DNA of 64,000 nucleotides from contig CAIOAT010000044.1 of NCBI GenBank assembly GCA_903856085.1, positions 25,402-89,401 of the forward strand. The letters are read 5' to 3'. This stretch comes from Candidatus Omnitrophota bacterium (GTDB lineage Bacteria > Omnitrophota > Omnitrophia > Omnitrophales > Aquincolibacteriaceae). The position numbers and the translations under genes were made by a program. This document shows, piece after piece, positions 1 to 11,892 of the stretch (position 1 is its first letter; each line of letters opens with the position of its first letter). The notes beneath the pieces are model-generated. The model was not told where the DNA came from, did not search any database, and was given only the letters and a program-made list of their open reading frames with translations.

Positions 1-895
1 AAAGAATGCCCGTGCGTTCATGCTGCTTGCCATCATGCTTTTGATGACGGTCTATCTTCCTGTGATCGGACATTCGGCGGGCGGGGCACGGCGCTGGATC
101 CACATCGGAGGATTCCAGTTCCAGCCCGTGGAGTTCGCGAAACTGGCCTGTTGCATCTATCTGGCGGATTATATTGGACGGAAGATCGCCTGGGTACAAA
201 AGGGGGATGTCCGGGTATTTGTCCCACCGCTTATCTTGATCGGTTTTGTATGTGGTCTGACGCTTCTTGAACCGGACCTGGGTTCTGTGGCGTTCATCGT
301 CATGATGACTTCGGTCATTCTCTTTGTTTCGGGCCTTCAATTGCGTTATGTCTTTGGCGCCCTGGCGATTTTGATGCCGGCTCTGTATTTTTTGATCATT
401 CGCGTGCCGTATCGTCTGAGTCGTCTTGAGGCTTATCTGAATCCGTGGGAAGATCCTCAGGGGTCCGGTTTCCAGATCATCCAATCTTTTCTGGCATTTG
501 CTTCCGGCGGGGTACATGGAGTGGGGCTCGGACAGAGCACGCAAAAACTTTTTTATCTTCCCTCAAGCCATAACGATTTTATCCTCGCGGTAATCGGAGA
601 AGAGCTCGGGCTTATCGGCATTATGTTTGTGGTGGCTCTTTATATCCTGTTTTTTGTCTGCTGCATCCGGATGGCGCGAAGGGCGGATCAGCCGTTTGAG
701 AAGCTCTTGATCACGTCGATTACCCTTCTCATTATTTTGCAAACCGTGATCCATATGATGGTCGCGACCGGCCTTGTTCCGACCAAAGGGTTGCCATTAC
801 CTTTTATCAGCTATGGCGGAAGTTCGATCGTCGTGAATTTGATCGCGGTGGGCATTCTCGTGGCAATCGATCGTCGCAAACGCCACAGTATCTAA
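1..895 (+). CDS. ftsW: SEDS-family peptidoglycan glycosyltransferase FtsW/RodA, 5' end truncated by window start
   Basis: The frame is open from nt 2 and the first ATG is at 20. It has multi-pass TM character and the conserved motif GARRWIHIGGFQFQPVEFAKLA typical of FtsW/RodA/SpoVE. It sits directly upstream of murG as in dcw clusters. Confidence 0.85.
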   Translation, partial: KNARAFMLLAIMLLMTVYLPVIGHSAGGARRWIHIGGFQFQPVEFAKLACCIYLADYIGRKIAWVQKGDVRVFVPPLILIGFVCGLTLLEPDLGSVAFIVMMTSVILFVSGLQLRYVFGALAILMPALYFLIIRVPYRLSRLEAYLNPWEDPQGSGFQIIQSFLAFASGGVHGVGLGQSTQKLFYLPSSHNDFILAVIGEELGLIGIMFVVALYILFFVCCIRMARRADQPFEKLLITSITLLIILQTVIHMMVATGLVPTKGLPLPFISYGGSSIVVNLIAVGILVAIDRRKRHSI

Positions 896-896
896 C

Positions 897-2028
897 ATGC
901 CGGGAACTTCGGATACTCCAAAGGTCTCATCCCCAGCGATGCGCTTGGTGGTTTACGCCGGCCCCACAGGCGGTCATGTTTTCCCCGCGCAGTCGTTTAG
1001 CGAAGGATTTCGAAAGTACTTTCCGGATTCCCGGATCGATCTCGTTACATGTCGTCGGGCGAAATCCCTTATTGATAAAATGCCGCAGGGAATCTTTCAG
1101 TCGGTCTCGTATCTTCCCGAGTTTGGTTTTCCGGGAGGATTTTCTTGGAAAACTTTAAAGCCGTTTTTTCTTTTCCCGTATCTCCTTCTCCAGGCGTTAC
1201 TTTTTCTAAAGCGGACGAAACCGGATCTTTGTGTCGGGTTTGGAAGTTTCGTGTCGTATCCCGGCATGATGGTCGCGCATGGGCTCAAGATCCCGACGCT
1301 CATCCATGAACAAAACCGGGTTCCTGGAAAGGCCACTCACTGGCTTATACCGCATATGGACGTCGTTGCTGAAAGTTTTGAGGGAACGCGATTTCTTCAA
1401 AAACCAAAAATTCTTCATACGATCGGGTTACCTCTGCGGTCGTTTATCGTAGATGCGGCGGCGAGAGCGAAGGGGGGGGCGACCCCGCGTCCGTTTACAC
1501 TGCTTGTAGTCGGCGGATCCCAAGGTTCGCAAGGTTTAAATATGATTGTTACGGACGCGATCGCGTCTTTATCGGATGAAGAAAGGTCCAAAATAGCCGT
1601 TATTCATATTACGGGAGAGCGGGATAAAACTTGGGTTGCGGAGCGTTACGAGCAGCTGGTCTTATCCAATGAAGTTCATCCATTTTATAGTGGCATGGAT
1701 GAGCTTTTTCAAAAGGCGGATCTCGCCATTACCCGTGCCGGGGCGAACACGCTTTTTGAGTTGGCGGCATTCGGAGTTCCGGCGTTCGTGATCCCTTACC
1801 CGCATGCGGGGGGCCATCAAAAGTACAATGCTCAAAGCTTCGCGGAAAAAGGCGGGCTGATTTTTCATGATGAGGCCCCTGGGGCGAAGGACTGGCTGGT
1901 CAAACAGTTGAGGAAAACGATCGAAGATCCAGGATCCCTGGCCGAAATCTCGAAGGCGATGAGAGAGGTGGCGAGGCCCAAGGCCACGGAAGAACTTATT
2001 GAAATAGCCCGAAAGTTGATCGAAACCC

Positions 2029-2048
<20 letters not shown>
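897..2048 (+). CDS. murG: UDP-GlcNAc:lipid I GlcNAc transferase MurG
   Basis: N-terminal VVYAGPTGGHVFPA glycine-rich loop and GGSQGS motif, about 380 aa, in a dcw context between ftsW and murC. Confidence 0.9.
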
Positions 2049-3429
<1,381 letters not shown>

Positions 3430-4250
3430 CGTTCTGCTAGCGCCGCACACGACCCTCCGCATCGGCGGGCCGGCGGCTTATTTTGCCGAGCCGGAGAGCG
3501 AGGAAGAACTTTCCAAGCTTTTGAGCTGGGCCCAACGGGAAGGGATACCCTTTTTTATTTTTGGAAATGGCTCCAACGTGATCTTTGAGGATGCCGGCTA
3601 CGAGGGTCTTGTGATCTCGATGCGTCGTTTCCGGAACGATCTTATCCGAATGGATCTTTATCAATTACAAGTGACGGTCTCCGCGGGCGTGAGCCTAGCG
3701 CGGCTCGTCCGGTTTTGCCAGGAGTCTGGTCTCGCGGGCACCGAGTTTTTGGCGCAAATACCGGGGACAGTCGGGGGAGCGCTTGTGATGAACGCAGGAT
3801 TCAGCCGCCATGGCGGACAACGCAATGAAATCGGGGATCTTGTCCACGAGGTTCGGGCGCTTCAAAAAGATGGAATGCCCGTGACCTTGGGTCGTGAAGA
3901 CTTGAAATTTTCCTACCGACACTCGGGCCTTGAAAAGTATTTGCTTCTGGAAGCGACATTGAAATTGTGGCGTCGGTCGAAGGACCAGATCCAGAATGAG
4001 ATGAAGGCGAATCATGATTTTCGTAAAATGCGGCAGGATATTACGGAGCCGAACGCGGGTTCGATCTTCAAGAATCCTCTCGGACTTTCTCCCGCCGCCG
4101 GAGCTTTGATCGAAAAAGCGGGAATGAAGGGGAAACGGGTCGGCGGGATCCAGGTCTCTGAGCAACACGCGAACTATTTTATAAATTTGGGCAACGCCAC
4201 TTCGGCGGATCTCATCCAACTCATTCAGGAAGTCCAAAAGGCTGTCTTTC

Positions 4251-5207
4251 ATGCAACCGGAATTACTCTCGAACCCGAAATTCACATCGCTCAAAAAAAT
4301 TAAAATCGGAGTGGTGCGCGGCGGCCTTTCGGCCGAACGTCGCATTTCACTCCGTTCTGGCCGTGCCGTGACCCGCGCGCTCAAACGGGTGGGTGTTTCG
4401 GCCTTTCCGATCGATCCTGCTGACCCGAAGACTTTTTCCAGGAAAATTAACGAGGCTGATATTCTTTTTATTGCCCTCCACGGCAAAGGAGGAGAGGATG
4501 GCGTTCTCCAAAAAATGTTGGAGCGGAAACGTCTCACCTTTACGGGGTCACCCTCCAAGGCCTGCGCGAAAAGTTTTGACAAAGGGATCAGCAAGCGCCA
4601 TTTTGAAGAGCTGGGTGTCCCGACGCCGGAATACGCGATTCTCAATAAAAAAAATTGGCGTAGAGTGGCGGCAGCATTTCCGGCGCCTTATTTTGCCAAG
4701 CCGCTCGACGGAGGGTCCAGTCAGGGCGTGTTCTTAGTTGAAGATTTTCAGGGATCAGCCGAAAGATTAAGACGGTCCGTGTTACGGTTTGGAAGGCTTT
4801 TGATCGAAAAAAAGATTGTTGGCCGGGAATTGACAGCGGGACTTCTCGGGAGTCTGAGACTCCCGATCGTGGAAGTGAAGCCATTGCGTTCCTTTTACGA
4901 TTATAAAGCAAAATACACCAAGGGCATGACGACCTATGAAGTGCCGGCCAAGATTCCGGTCAAGGTTGCCAGGAAGATCCAGGCCATCGCCTATCGGGTT
5001 TACCGGGGTCTCGGGCTTAAAGGATTTTCGAGAGTAGATGTGATGTTGGATCAAAAGAACCGGCCGTATGTGCTGGAAGTGAACAGCATCCCCGGGCTCA
5101 CGGAATTCAGTCTCCTGCCGAAAGCGGCGCGGTCGGTCGGGATCAGTTTTGAGGAATTATGTTTACGGGTTCTTCGGGATGCTTATGAACAAAAAGGAAA
5201 GAAATAA
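4251..5207 (+). CDS. ddl: D-alanine--D-alanine ligase
   Basis: N-terminal KKIKIGVVRGGLSAERRISL matches the Ddl N-domain and the C-terminal ATP-grasp has EVNSIPGLT. The 5' end overlaps murB by about 50 nt, so the true start may be slightly downstream. Confidence 0.85.
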   Translation: MQPELLSNPKFTSLKKIKIGVVRGGLSAERRISLRSGRAVTRALKRVGVSAFPIDPADPKTFSRKINEADILFIALHGKGGEDGVLQKMLERKRLTFTGSPSKACAKSFDKGISKRHFEELGVPTPEYAILNKKNWRRVAAAFPAPYFAKPLDGGSSQGVFLVEDFQGSAERLRRSVLRFGRLLIEKKIVGRELTAGLLGSLRLPIVEVKPLRSFYDYKAKYTKGMTTYEVPAKIPVKVARKIQAIAYRVYRGLGLKGFSRVDVMLDQKNRPYVLEVNSIPGLTEFSLLPKAARSVGISFEELCLRVLRDAYEQKGKK

Positions 5208-5213
5208 TCTTCC

Positions 5214-6029
5214 ATGGGTAAGAAAAAATTCAAAAAAGGTAAAAAAGGATGGTTTTTTTCCGCGCTTGGTGCGATGTTCCGCGGGATCTTCTGGATTCTC
5301 TGGAAATTACTTCCGGTCGTGGTCATTGCCGGGGTGCTGACCTATGCCGGATTTGCCGTGAAGAAAGGTCTGTGCGAAGATCGTTGGCTCAGGGTTCAGG
5401 AGATCCGGATCGTTCCACCGGATGTTCTTTCCCCTCAAAGTATTCGTACGCTCGAGGAAAAGATCCTTGGCAAGAATATCCTGCTGCTTGATCTGAAAAA
5501 GATCGAAAGTACAATAGAGCTCGGACCAGGCGCGCAAAGTGTGCGTGTCGTTCGCGAGATGCCGACAACGATCCGTATCGAGATCAAGAAACGCAGGCCT
5601 ATCGCGAACGTGCAGTTGAGACCCGGAGGCCCGTATGCGATCACGTCAGATGACGGATTTATCATCGATAGCCGTCCGGCCCTCGATCCCGCATGGATCC
5701 TCGTTGAGGATTTCAGCGAATCATTCAAAGAGCCCCGGATCGGCGCGCGTCTTCAGAACAAAGGTTTTGCGGAGGCGCTGCGGTTCATGAAGGCTTTCCG
5801 GAGTCATGAGCTTGCGCGTCGCGAAACCGTGACCCGCATCAGTCTGGATCCGAACGGGTATGTTACGATTAAGCTTGGGGAAGGACCGGATTTTAAGCTG
5901 GGTCGCAAAGCCTCCGAGTGCATCAATGCCTTGACCAATGCCGTCTATCTTTTAAAAACCGAGCCGCGCGAGAATATCGAATACATGGATTTGCAATACG
6001 ACCGCGTCGCAGTTAAGAGGAAATTATGA
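5214..6029 (+). CDS. ftsQ: Cell division protein FtsQ/DivIB (POTRA domain)
   Basis: Basic N-terminus, a single TM helix (ILWKLLPVVVIAGVLTYAGFAV) and a periplasmic POTRA-like region. It lies between ddl and ftsA. Confidence 0.7.
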   Translation: MGKKKFKKGKKGWFFSALGAMFRGIFWILWKLLPVVVIAGVLTYAGFAVKKGLCEDRWLRVQEIRIVPPDVLSPQSIRTLEEKILGKNILLLDLKKIESTIELGPGAQSVRVVREMPTTIRIEIKKRRPIANVQLRPGGPYAITSDDGFIIDSRPALDPAWILVEDFSESFKEPRIGARLQNKGFAEALRFMKAFRSHELARRETVTRISLDPNGYVTIKLGEGPDFKLGRKASECINALTNAVYLLKTEPRENIEYMDLQYDRVAVKRKL

Positions 6030-7276
6030 GTCTCCCTGTTGATATGAAAAACAAATGCGTGGTGGTTTATATCGGCACCCGGAAGCTCGTGGTGATGTTG
6101 GGGGATACGGGAAGCAGTAATCCGCAGGTGCTCCGTCATGAAGAAACCCTCTTCCCTGAAGGTTTTGAAAAGGGATTGGTTTCGAATCTCCAGAACGCGA
6201 GTGCCTCACTTGAAAAGTTGATGAAGGTGCTCTTGCCGCCTGAGGCCTGGGAACAGGTTTCGATCTATGTGGTGCTTGGGAACAGCCGTTTCAAGATGTA
6301 TCGTTTCTCAAGCTGCGAATATTATTCTCCCGAACGGCGTACGATCAGTTCTCATGAGGTTCAGTCCGTGGTTCAGCAGACGCGGAATGTGGCGACGCTT
6401 CCCCTGAACGAATCGATCTTGCAGGCTATTCCAGAATCTTTCCTTGTCAACGACATGCCGGCGGTGCGCAATCCCATAGGCCTTGAGGCCGAGCGCCTCG
6501 GTGTGACGCTACAGATCTACACCATGGAATTCCAAGCCTTTCGCAATATTGCCAAGATCTTTGAGACGCTAGATCTCGATGTGGAGGGTTATTTCCCAAA
6601 GATCCTGCCGCTTTCCGAGGCTGTGTTGGGGGATGCCGAGAAGCAGGAAGGGGGCATGATCCTGGACATTGCAGATGATGCGACCCAGCTAGTGCTTTGG
6701 AAGAATGGCCTTTTGGCCGGAGTGCGGACACTTCCGATGGGCGGACATTATCTTACCCAGTGCTTGGCCAAGGATTGGAATATCGAGGAGCGGGATGCTG
6801 AGAAGGTGAAAGAAAAATTTGCGACGCTCGACATCCGTGAGCAGGAAAGCGAAGAGTTGGTGCCGCTTGTGACGCGTAACGAAAAAGTCCAGCAATCCAT
6901 CTCGCGCAAGGAATTCCTCCAGAAATTTTTCAAACATGCGCATGGATGGATGACCAAAATCCTGGAGTCCGCCGATGGATTCATGCAAGATGAGAAGGTC
7001 CGTTATCCGCACATTCTTTTCACGGGAGGGGCGGTGATGACGGAAGGTTTTCTCGAATGGGTCCAGAAAGAATTCTCGCGCGACGGGAAGCTTGGGATCT
7101 CACGCCATGTCGAAGCTCAACAGGAACTTGTCCGCGATCCGTCCATGGCGTCCGCCCTGGGCATGTTCCGGTGGATTATGACTTACAAGCGTTCCCAGGA
7201 GGCGCTCTTCACCCCGCGTGGTCTCGTCGCCAAGACCGCCGCCGCTGTTCGGGCTTGGATCACGAACTACTTCTAA
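6026..7276 (+). CDS. ftsA: Cell division protein FtsA (actin-like ATPase)
   Basis: N-terminal VVYIGTRKLVVMLGD phosphate-1-like motif and GLVSNL...SLEKLMK, similar to the FtsA GIVxDIEaa region. It has a 416-aa actin fold and directly follows ftsQ. There is no ftsZ downstream. Confidence 0.75.
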   Translation: MSLPVDMKNKCVVVYIGTRKLVVMLGDTGSSNPQVLRHEETLFPEGFEKGLVSNLQNASASLEKLMKVLLPPEAWEQVSIYVVLGNSRFKMYRFSSCEYYSPERRTISSHEVQSVVQQTRNVATLPLNESILQAIPESFLVNDMPAVRNPIGLEAERLGVTLQIYTMEFQAFRNIAKIFETLDLDVEGYFPKILPLSEAVLGDAEKQEGGMILDIADDATQLVLWKNGLLAGVRTLPMGGHYLTQCLAKDWNIEERDAEKVKEKFATLDIREQESEELVPLVTRNEKVQQSISRKEFLQKFFKHAHGWMTKILESADGFMQDEKVRYPHILFTGGAVMTEGFLEWVQKEFSRDGKLGISRHVEAQQELVRDPSMASALGMFRWIMTYKRSQEALFTPRGLVAKTAAAVRAWITNYF

Positions 7277-7505
7277 AAGCGGTCCGGTAGTACGGCCTGC
7301 TAAGCAGCCATTAAGATGCAAAGAAAGCTTGGGACAGTACTCATTTTCAATGGAACTTACAGCCCAAAGCAAGCGCGTACGGAGCAAAAGCGAAAAATTA
7401 CGACCCCTTGTGTCACCCGCCGTAAAAATTCGGGCTTTTCTTTTCTCCTCTAAACTTCTATAATGCGGTCTTCCTAGTTTCAAATTCAACCCGGCTTTTT
7501 CCCAT

Positions 7506-8603
7506 ATGACCATGATGTTAGAGACAGAACCGACGAAGCTTCCTCTGCACGAAGAGCATCTTCAAAAAGGCGCCCGGATGGGCGATTTTGGGGGATGGCT
7601 TGTCCCGCTTTTTTACTCGAGCATCATGGAAGAGCATACCGCTGTCCGTACGAAAGCCGGCATTTTTGATATATCTCACATGGGGGAATTTCTGCTCGAA
7701 GGTCCCGGTGCCCTGGACTATCTTGAGAAAAATCTTCCCAGAAGGATCACACCCGTTAGGCTCGGGCAAGCGATCTATATGCCCCTCGTCAATGACCAGG
7801 GCGGCATGGTGGATGACATTATCGTTTATCGCATGGCCGAGCAAAAATTCCTCATCATTGTGAATGCCGGCAATATCGAAAAAGATTTTGATTGGTTCAA
7901 CGCTCGCGTGACGCCAGGCGTGACGCTTACGAATTTGAGTGACGAGATGGGACTTTTGGCGCTTCAAGGGCCGCTTAGTCAAACGATTCTCCTCGAATGT
8001 TTTGGGGCTTTTTATAAGGATCTTCGCCGTTTTCACTATAAGGATTTTGAGGGGGGCGTGATCGCTCGGACGGGGTATACCGGTGAAGATGGCTACGAGA
8101 TTATGGTCCCCAAACATAAGCTCAAACAGATTTGGGATGTTCTGTTCCTCGTGGGGGCGAAACACGGGCTTTTGCCGATTGGTTTCGGAGCGCGTGACAC
8201 GTTGCGTTTGGAAGCTGCGATGCCCCTTTACGGGCATGAGCTCTCAGACGAGCTCACGCCGCTTGAGGCGGATCTGGAGTGGGCGATCGATCTCACGAAA
8301 GAAAATTTCCCGGGCAGTGCGGTCCTCAAAAAGCAGAAAGAGACTGGAATCCTAAAAAAAAGAGTCGGTTTTGAAATGACCGAACGTGGCATTCCTCGTC
8401 AGGGTTTTGAGATCCAAAAAGAGGGCAAAACGATCGGGGCAGTTACAAGCGGCAGTTTTATCCCGACCACGGGCAAAAATATCGGCATGGCTTATGTGAC
8501 GGCAGCAGAGGCGAAGACCGGCAACGCGATCGACGTGATGGTGCGCGGGAAACCCGTCAAGGCTGTTCTGGTTTCACTACCTTTTTACAAACGAAAAGGG
8601 TAG
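7506..8603 (+). CDS. gcvT: Glycine cleavage system aminomethyltransferase T protein
   Basis: KAGIFDISHMGEF motif and 365 aa; it is followed by gcvH, gcvPA and gcvPB. Confidence 0.9.
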   Translation: MTMMLETEPTKLPLHEEHLQKGARMGDFGGWLVPLFYSSIMEEHTAVRTKAGIFDISHMGEFLLEGPGALDYLEKNLPRRITPVRLGQAIYMPLVNDQGGMVDDIIVYRMAEQKFLIIVNAGNIEKDFDWFNARVTPGVTLTNLSDEMGLLALQGPLSQTILLECFGAFYKDLRRFHYKDFEGGVIARTGYTGEDGYEIMVPKHKLKQIWDVLFLVGAKHGLLPIGFGARDTLRLEAAMPLYGHELSDELTPLEADLEWAIDLTKENFPGSAVLKKQKETGILKKRVGFEMTERGIPRQGFEIQKEGKTIGAVTSGSFIPTTGKNIGMAYVTAAEAKTGNAIDVMVRGKPVKAVLVSLPFYKRKG

Positions 8604-8654
8604 AATACCGCCGTTCACCCCTGAAATTTCTGACATTCTTAACCGGAGGCTATC

Positions 8655-9047
8655 ATGGATTTTCCTGAAAATTTGCGCTATACCAAGACCCACGAGTGGA
8701 TTGCTGTGCAGGGCACCAAGGCCAAGGTCGGCGTGACCGAATACGCGCAAAAAGAGATTTCGGATGTTGTGTTTGTGGAATTGCCGAAAATGGGTCAGGT
8801 CGTCCAGCAGGCCAAGATGGCGGCGGTCGTGGAATCGGTTAAAGCGGCGTTCGATATCTACGCGCCGGTCTCCGGCAAGATCACCAACGCGAATAAAGCG
8901 CTTGAATCCAATCCTGCTCTCATCAATCAAAGTCCTTACGCGGAAGGCTGGATCTTTGAGCTGGAGCTTTCCAGTCCTGCCGAACTTGGTACTCTTATGA
9001 CGGCCGCACAGTATCATGAGGCTGTCCAGCAAGCCCCTAAACACTAA
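8655..9047 (+). CDS. gcvH: Glycine cleavage system H protein (lipoyl carrier)
   Basis: ESVKAA lipoyl-lysine motif, 130 aa. Confidence 0.9.
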   Translation: MDFPENLRYTKTHEWIAVQGTKAKVGVTEYAQKEISDVVFVELPKMGQVVQQAKMAAVVESVKAAFDIYAPVSGKITNANKALESNPALINQSPYAEGWIFELELSSPAELGTLMTAAQYHEAVQQAPKH

Positions 9048-9061
9048 ACTGAAAAGTTCTC

Positions 9062-10399
9062 ATGCCCTACCTTTCGCTCACCGAAGAAGAAAAAAAATCC
9101 ATGCTTGGGGAGATCGGTGTTCGCTCGTTTGACGAGCTGATCAAGGATATTCCGGTCTCGCTGCGTGATCCCAAGATTCTTCTTTCGCCCTCTTTAAGCG
9201 AACCCGAAGTCCAGGATTTGATCTCGAAGCTCGGGCGCAAGAACACTACGACCCGAGATGCCCTTTCATTTCTTGGCGCGGGAAGTTATGAGCATTTTAT
9301 CCCGGCCGCGGCAATTGAGATCGTCGGGCGCCAGGAATTCATGACGGCCTACACGCCTTATCAGCCCGAGGCTTCGCAGGGGACCTTGCAGGCCATCTAT
9401 GAATACCAAAGTCTCATGACAGAGCTCACTGGGCTGGATGTCTCCAATGCCTCCCATTATGATGGTGCTACAAGTCTTGCGGAAGCTGCACTTGTTGCTC
9501 TCAAGCACACAGACCGTTTGAAACTTCTTGTCGCGCGCTCATTGCATCCTCATTATCGGGAAACGATACGCACTTATCTTGCGGGGACGCCTTACAAGGT
9601 TGAGGAACTTGGCTTTGACGTAAAAGGAAATTTCAATCGGGAAGAGCTTACCGCCAAGCTCGACGCGAGCGTCGCCGGTGTCATTTTCCAGACCCCCAAT
9701 TTCTTTGGCAATGTAGAGGATCTTGAAGGCATCAGCGAACAACTCCACGCGAATGGTTCGCTTATGATCCTTACCGCGAATCCTTTATCGCTCGGCCTTT
9801 TTAAGTCGCCAGGCGAATGGGGTGCGGACATTGCGGCGGGAGAAGGGCAGCCGCTCGGTCTTTCTATGGAGTTCGGGGGCCCTTATCTGGGGTATTTTGT
9901 GACCACTCAGGCTTTGATGCGGCGCATTCCGGGAAGATTGGCGGGCCTTACCGAAGACGCAGACGGGAAACGAGCGTTCTGTCTGACTCTTCAGGCGCGC
10001 GAACAGCATATCCGCCGCGAACGAGCGAGTTCCAACATCTGCAGCAATCAGGCACTTTGCGCCTTGGCCGCGTGCGCTTACATGACGCTTCTCGGGAAAA
10101 AAGGCATTCGTGAGATTGCTGAGATCAATTGGGATCGGGCGAATTATTTACGGCAGAAGATCTCAAAACTCAAGAATTTTGAAGTCGATTCCGGATCGAT
10201 CATTTTCAATGAATTTCGGGTCAAGTCGAAGAAGCCGTTCGCTAGAATCGAAGAAAAACTGATGGCCCAGGGTATTTTCCCAGGAGTCGCGCTTGAGCTT
10301 TTCTATCCCGAGTTGAAAGACCAGTTTCTTGTCTGTGCGACCGAGACGAAATCCAAAGAGGCTCTTGACCGGTTTGTGGAGGCCTTAGCTAAATGTTGA
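9062..10399 (+). CDS. gcvPA: Glycine dehydrogenase (decarboxylating) subunit 1
   Basis: Split P-protein N-terminal subunit, 445 aa, with the conserved AYTPYQPEASQGTLQ motif. Confidence 0.9.
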   Translation: MPYLSLTEEEKKSMLGEIGVRSFDELIKDIPVSLRDPKILLSPSLSEPEVQDLISKLGRKNTTTRDALSFLGAGSYEHFIPAAAIEIVGRQEFMTAYTPYQPEASQGTLQAIYEYQSLMTELTGLDVSNASHYDGATSLAEAALVALKHTDRLKLLVARSLHPHYRETIRTYLAGTPYKVEELGFDVKGNFNREELTAKLDASVAGVIFQTPNFFGNVEDLEGISEQLHANGSLMILTANPLSLGLFKSPGEWGADIAAGEGQPLGLSMEFGGPYLGYFVTTQALMRRIPGRLAGLTEDADGKRAFCLTLQAREQHIRRERASSNICSNQALCALAACAYMTLLGKKGIREIAEINWDRANYLRQKISKLKNFEVDSGSIIFNEFRVKSKKPFARIEEKLMAQGIFPGVALELFYPELKDQFLVCATETKSKEALDRFVEALAKC

Positions 10400-11892
10400 T
10401 CTCCCTGGACGATCGCCTCAGTTTTGAAAAGAGCAAGCCAGGTCGCCGGGCGGTGAGCCTTCCCAAAGGGCGTTTCTCGGACGGAGATTCCCTCAGGAGT
10501 ATTCCCAAGGGCCTTTTGCGCCAGACTTCTATCGGTTTTCCGGAACTTAGCGAGCCCGATATTGTTCGGCATTTCATCAATCTCTCGCGAAAGAATTTTT
10601 CCGTCGATACGCATTTTTATCCGCTCGGAAGCTGCACCATGAAATACAATCCTAAAGTGAATGAATGGGCGGCCCGGCAGGAGAAATTCACTGCCCTGCA
10701 CCCGCTTCAATCCGATGCGACCGTGCAAGGGATGCTGCAGATTCTTTGGGAGCTCGAGGAAGGCCTAAAAGAGATCTCGGGGATGGACCGTTTCACGTTG
10801 CAGCCTGCGGCCGGCGCGCATGGAGAGTTGACGGGGATGATGCTGGTTCGGGCGTACCACGCCGCTCACGGTGGGCCCACGCGCACCAAAGTGCTTGTTC
10901 CGGATTCCAGTCACGGGACCAATCCGGCGAGTGCCGCGCTTTTTGGATATCACGTGGTTGAGATCAAATCCAATAGCCACGGGTGCGTGGATCTTGAAGA
11001 TTTGAAGCAACATCTGGATGAGCATGTGGCATGTCTTATGCTGACCAATCCGAACACGTTAGGACTTTTTGAAAAGAATATTCTCGAGATCACGAAACTC
11101 GTGCATCAGCACGGCGGACTTCTTTACTATGATGGTGCTAATCTGAATCCGCTCCTTGGGATCGCCCGGCCAGGCGACATGGGTTTTGACATCATTCACA
11201 TCAATCTCCACAAGACTTTTTCGACTCCGCACGGCGGTGGCGGGCCGGGTGCCGGGCCTGTAGGCGTGAAGAAACATTTGATACCGTTCCTCCCGGGTCC
11301 TCTTGTGGAACAGACCAAAAAAGGTTACGCCTGGGCCTCGCATAGTTCGCAATCGATCGGACGCGTCAAACTCTTCCACGGGAATGTCGGGGTCATGATC
11401 CGTGCTTATGCTTATTTGAAGACACTAGGCAAAGAAGGCCTCCGGAAAGTGAGCGAGGCTGCGATCCTGAACGCCAATTACATGAAAGAAATGCTCAAGG
11501 ACACTTTTAGGGTTGCGACCCAGGGGCCATGCATGCACGAGTTCGTGCTGTCGCTCAAGTCTTTTGCCGCTCAAGGTGTTCATGCGGGGGATGTGGGGAA
11601 GCGCCTTTTGGATTTCGGTTTTCACGCGCCGACGGTCCATTTCCCGCTTGTGGTTCCCGAGGCTCTTATGATCGAGCCCACAGAGACTGAAGCTCGTGAA
11701 ACTCTGGATCTTTTCATTGAGGCGATGAAAGAGATCGCCCGCGAGATTGTGACCGATCCCGAAAAAGTGAAAACCGCGCCGCACACGCTTCCGGTGCGCC
11801 GTCCCAACGATGTTCTCGCCGCGCGCAAGCCCATTCTCTCTTACCGCGATCAAGTTCGGGAAAAAGTGCTGTTGGCTGAAGCTGCAGCATGA
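10393..11892 (+). CDS. gcvPB: Glycine dehydrogenase (decarboxylating) subunit 2
   Basis: PLP-lysine motif NLHKTFSTPHGGGGPG, 499 aa. Confidence 0.9.
   Translation: MLISLDDRLSFEKSKPGRRAVSLPKGRFSDGDSLRSIPKGLLRQTSIGFPELSEPDIVRHFINLSRKNFSVDTHFYPLGSCTMKYNPKVNEWAARQEKFTALHPLQSDATVQGMLQILWELEEGLKEISGMDRFTLQPAAGAHGELTGMMLVRAYHAAHGGPTRTKVLVPDSSHGTNPASAALFGYHVVEIKSNSHGCVDLEDLKQHLDEHVACLMLTNPNTLGLFEKNILEITKLVHQHGGLLYYDGANLNPLLGIARPGDMGFDIIHINLHKTFSTPHGGGGPGAGPVGVKKHLIPFLPGPLVEQTKKGYAWASHSSQSIGRVKLFHGNVGVMIRAYAYLKTLGKEGLRKVSEAAILNANYMKEMLKDTFRVATQGPCMHEFVLSLKSFAAQGVHAGDVGKRLLDFGFHAPTVHFPLVVPEALMIEPTETEARETLDLFIEAMKEIAREIVTDPEKVKTAPHTLPVRRPNDVLAARKPILSYRDQVREKVLLAEAAA

Noticed and set aside
3695-4645. Long minus-strand ORFs overlapping confident plus-strand genes: 3695-4645, 7518-8237, 14106-15155, 15483-16130, 22260-23045, 27293-27946, 39431-40186, 49591-50196, 50751-51881.
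   Set aside because: Each lies antisense to a gene with strong family motifs (murB/ddl, gcvT, uvrD, plsC, BatE/trpB, lepA, the acyl-CoA synthetase, G1, G2). They are shadow ORFs of a moderately GC-rich coding strand. None has recognisable motifs or its own RBS.
7277-7505. Possible glycine riboswitch upstream of gcvT. GCGCGTACGGAGCAAAAGCG resembles the GCCGAAGGAGCAA core, and GGGACAG resembles GGAGAG/GGACAG.
   Set aside because: The conserved CCGAAGG core carries two substitutions. No GGAGAG junction or 3' CUCUCAGGCAAAAGGACAG segment is present in the right order. A TATAAT box at 7459 would leave only ~35 nt of leader. Only an Rfam RF00504 cmsearch could settle it, and I would expect no hit.
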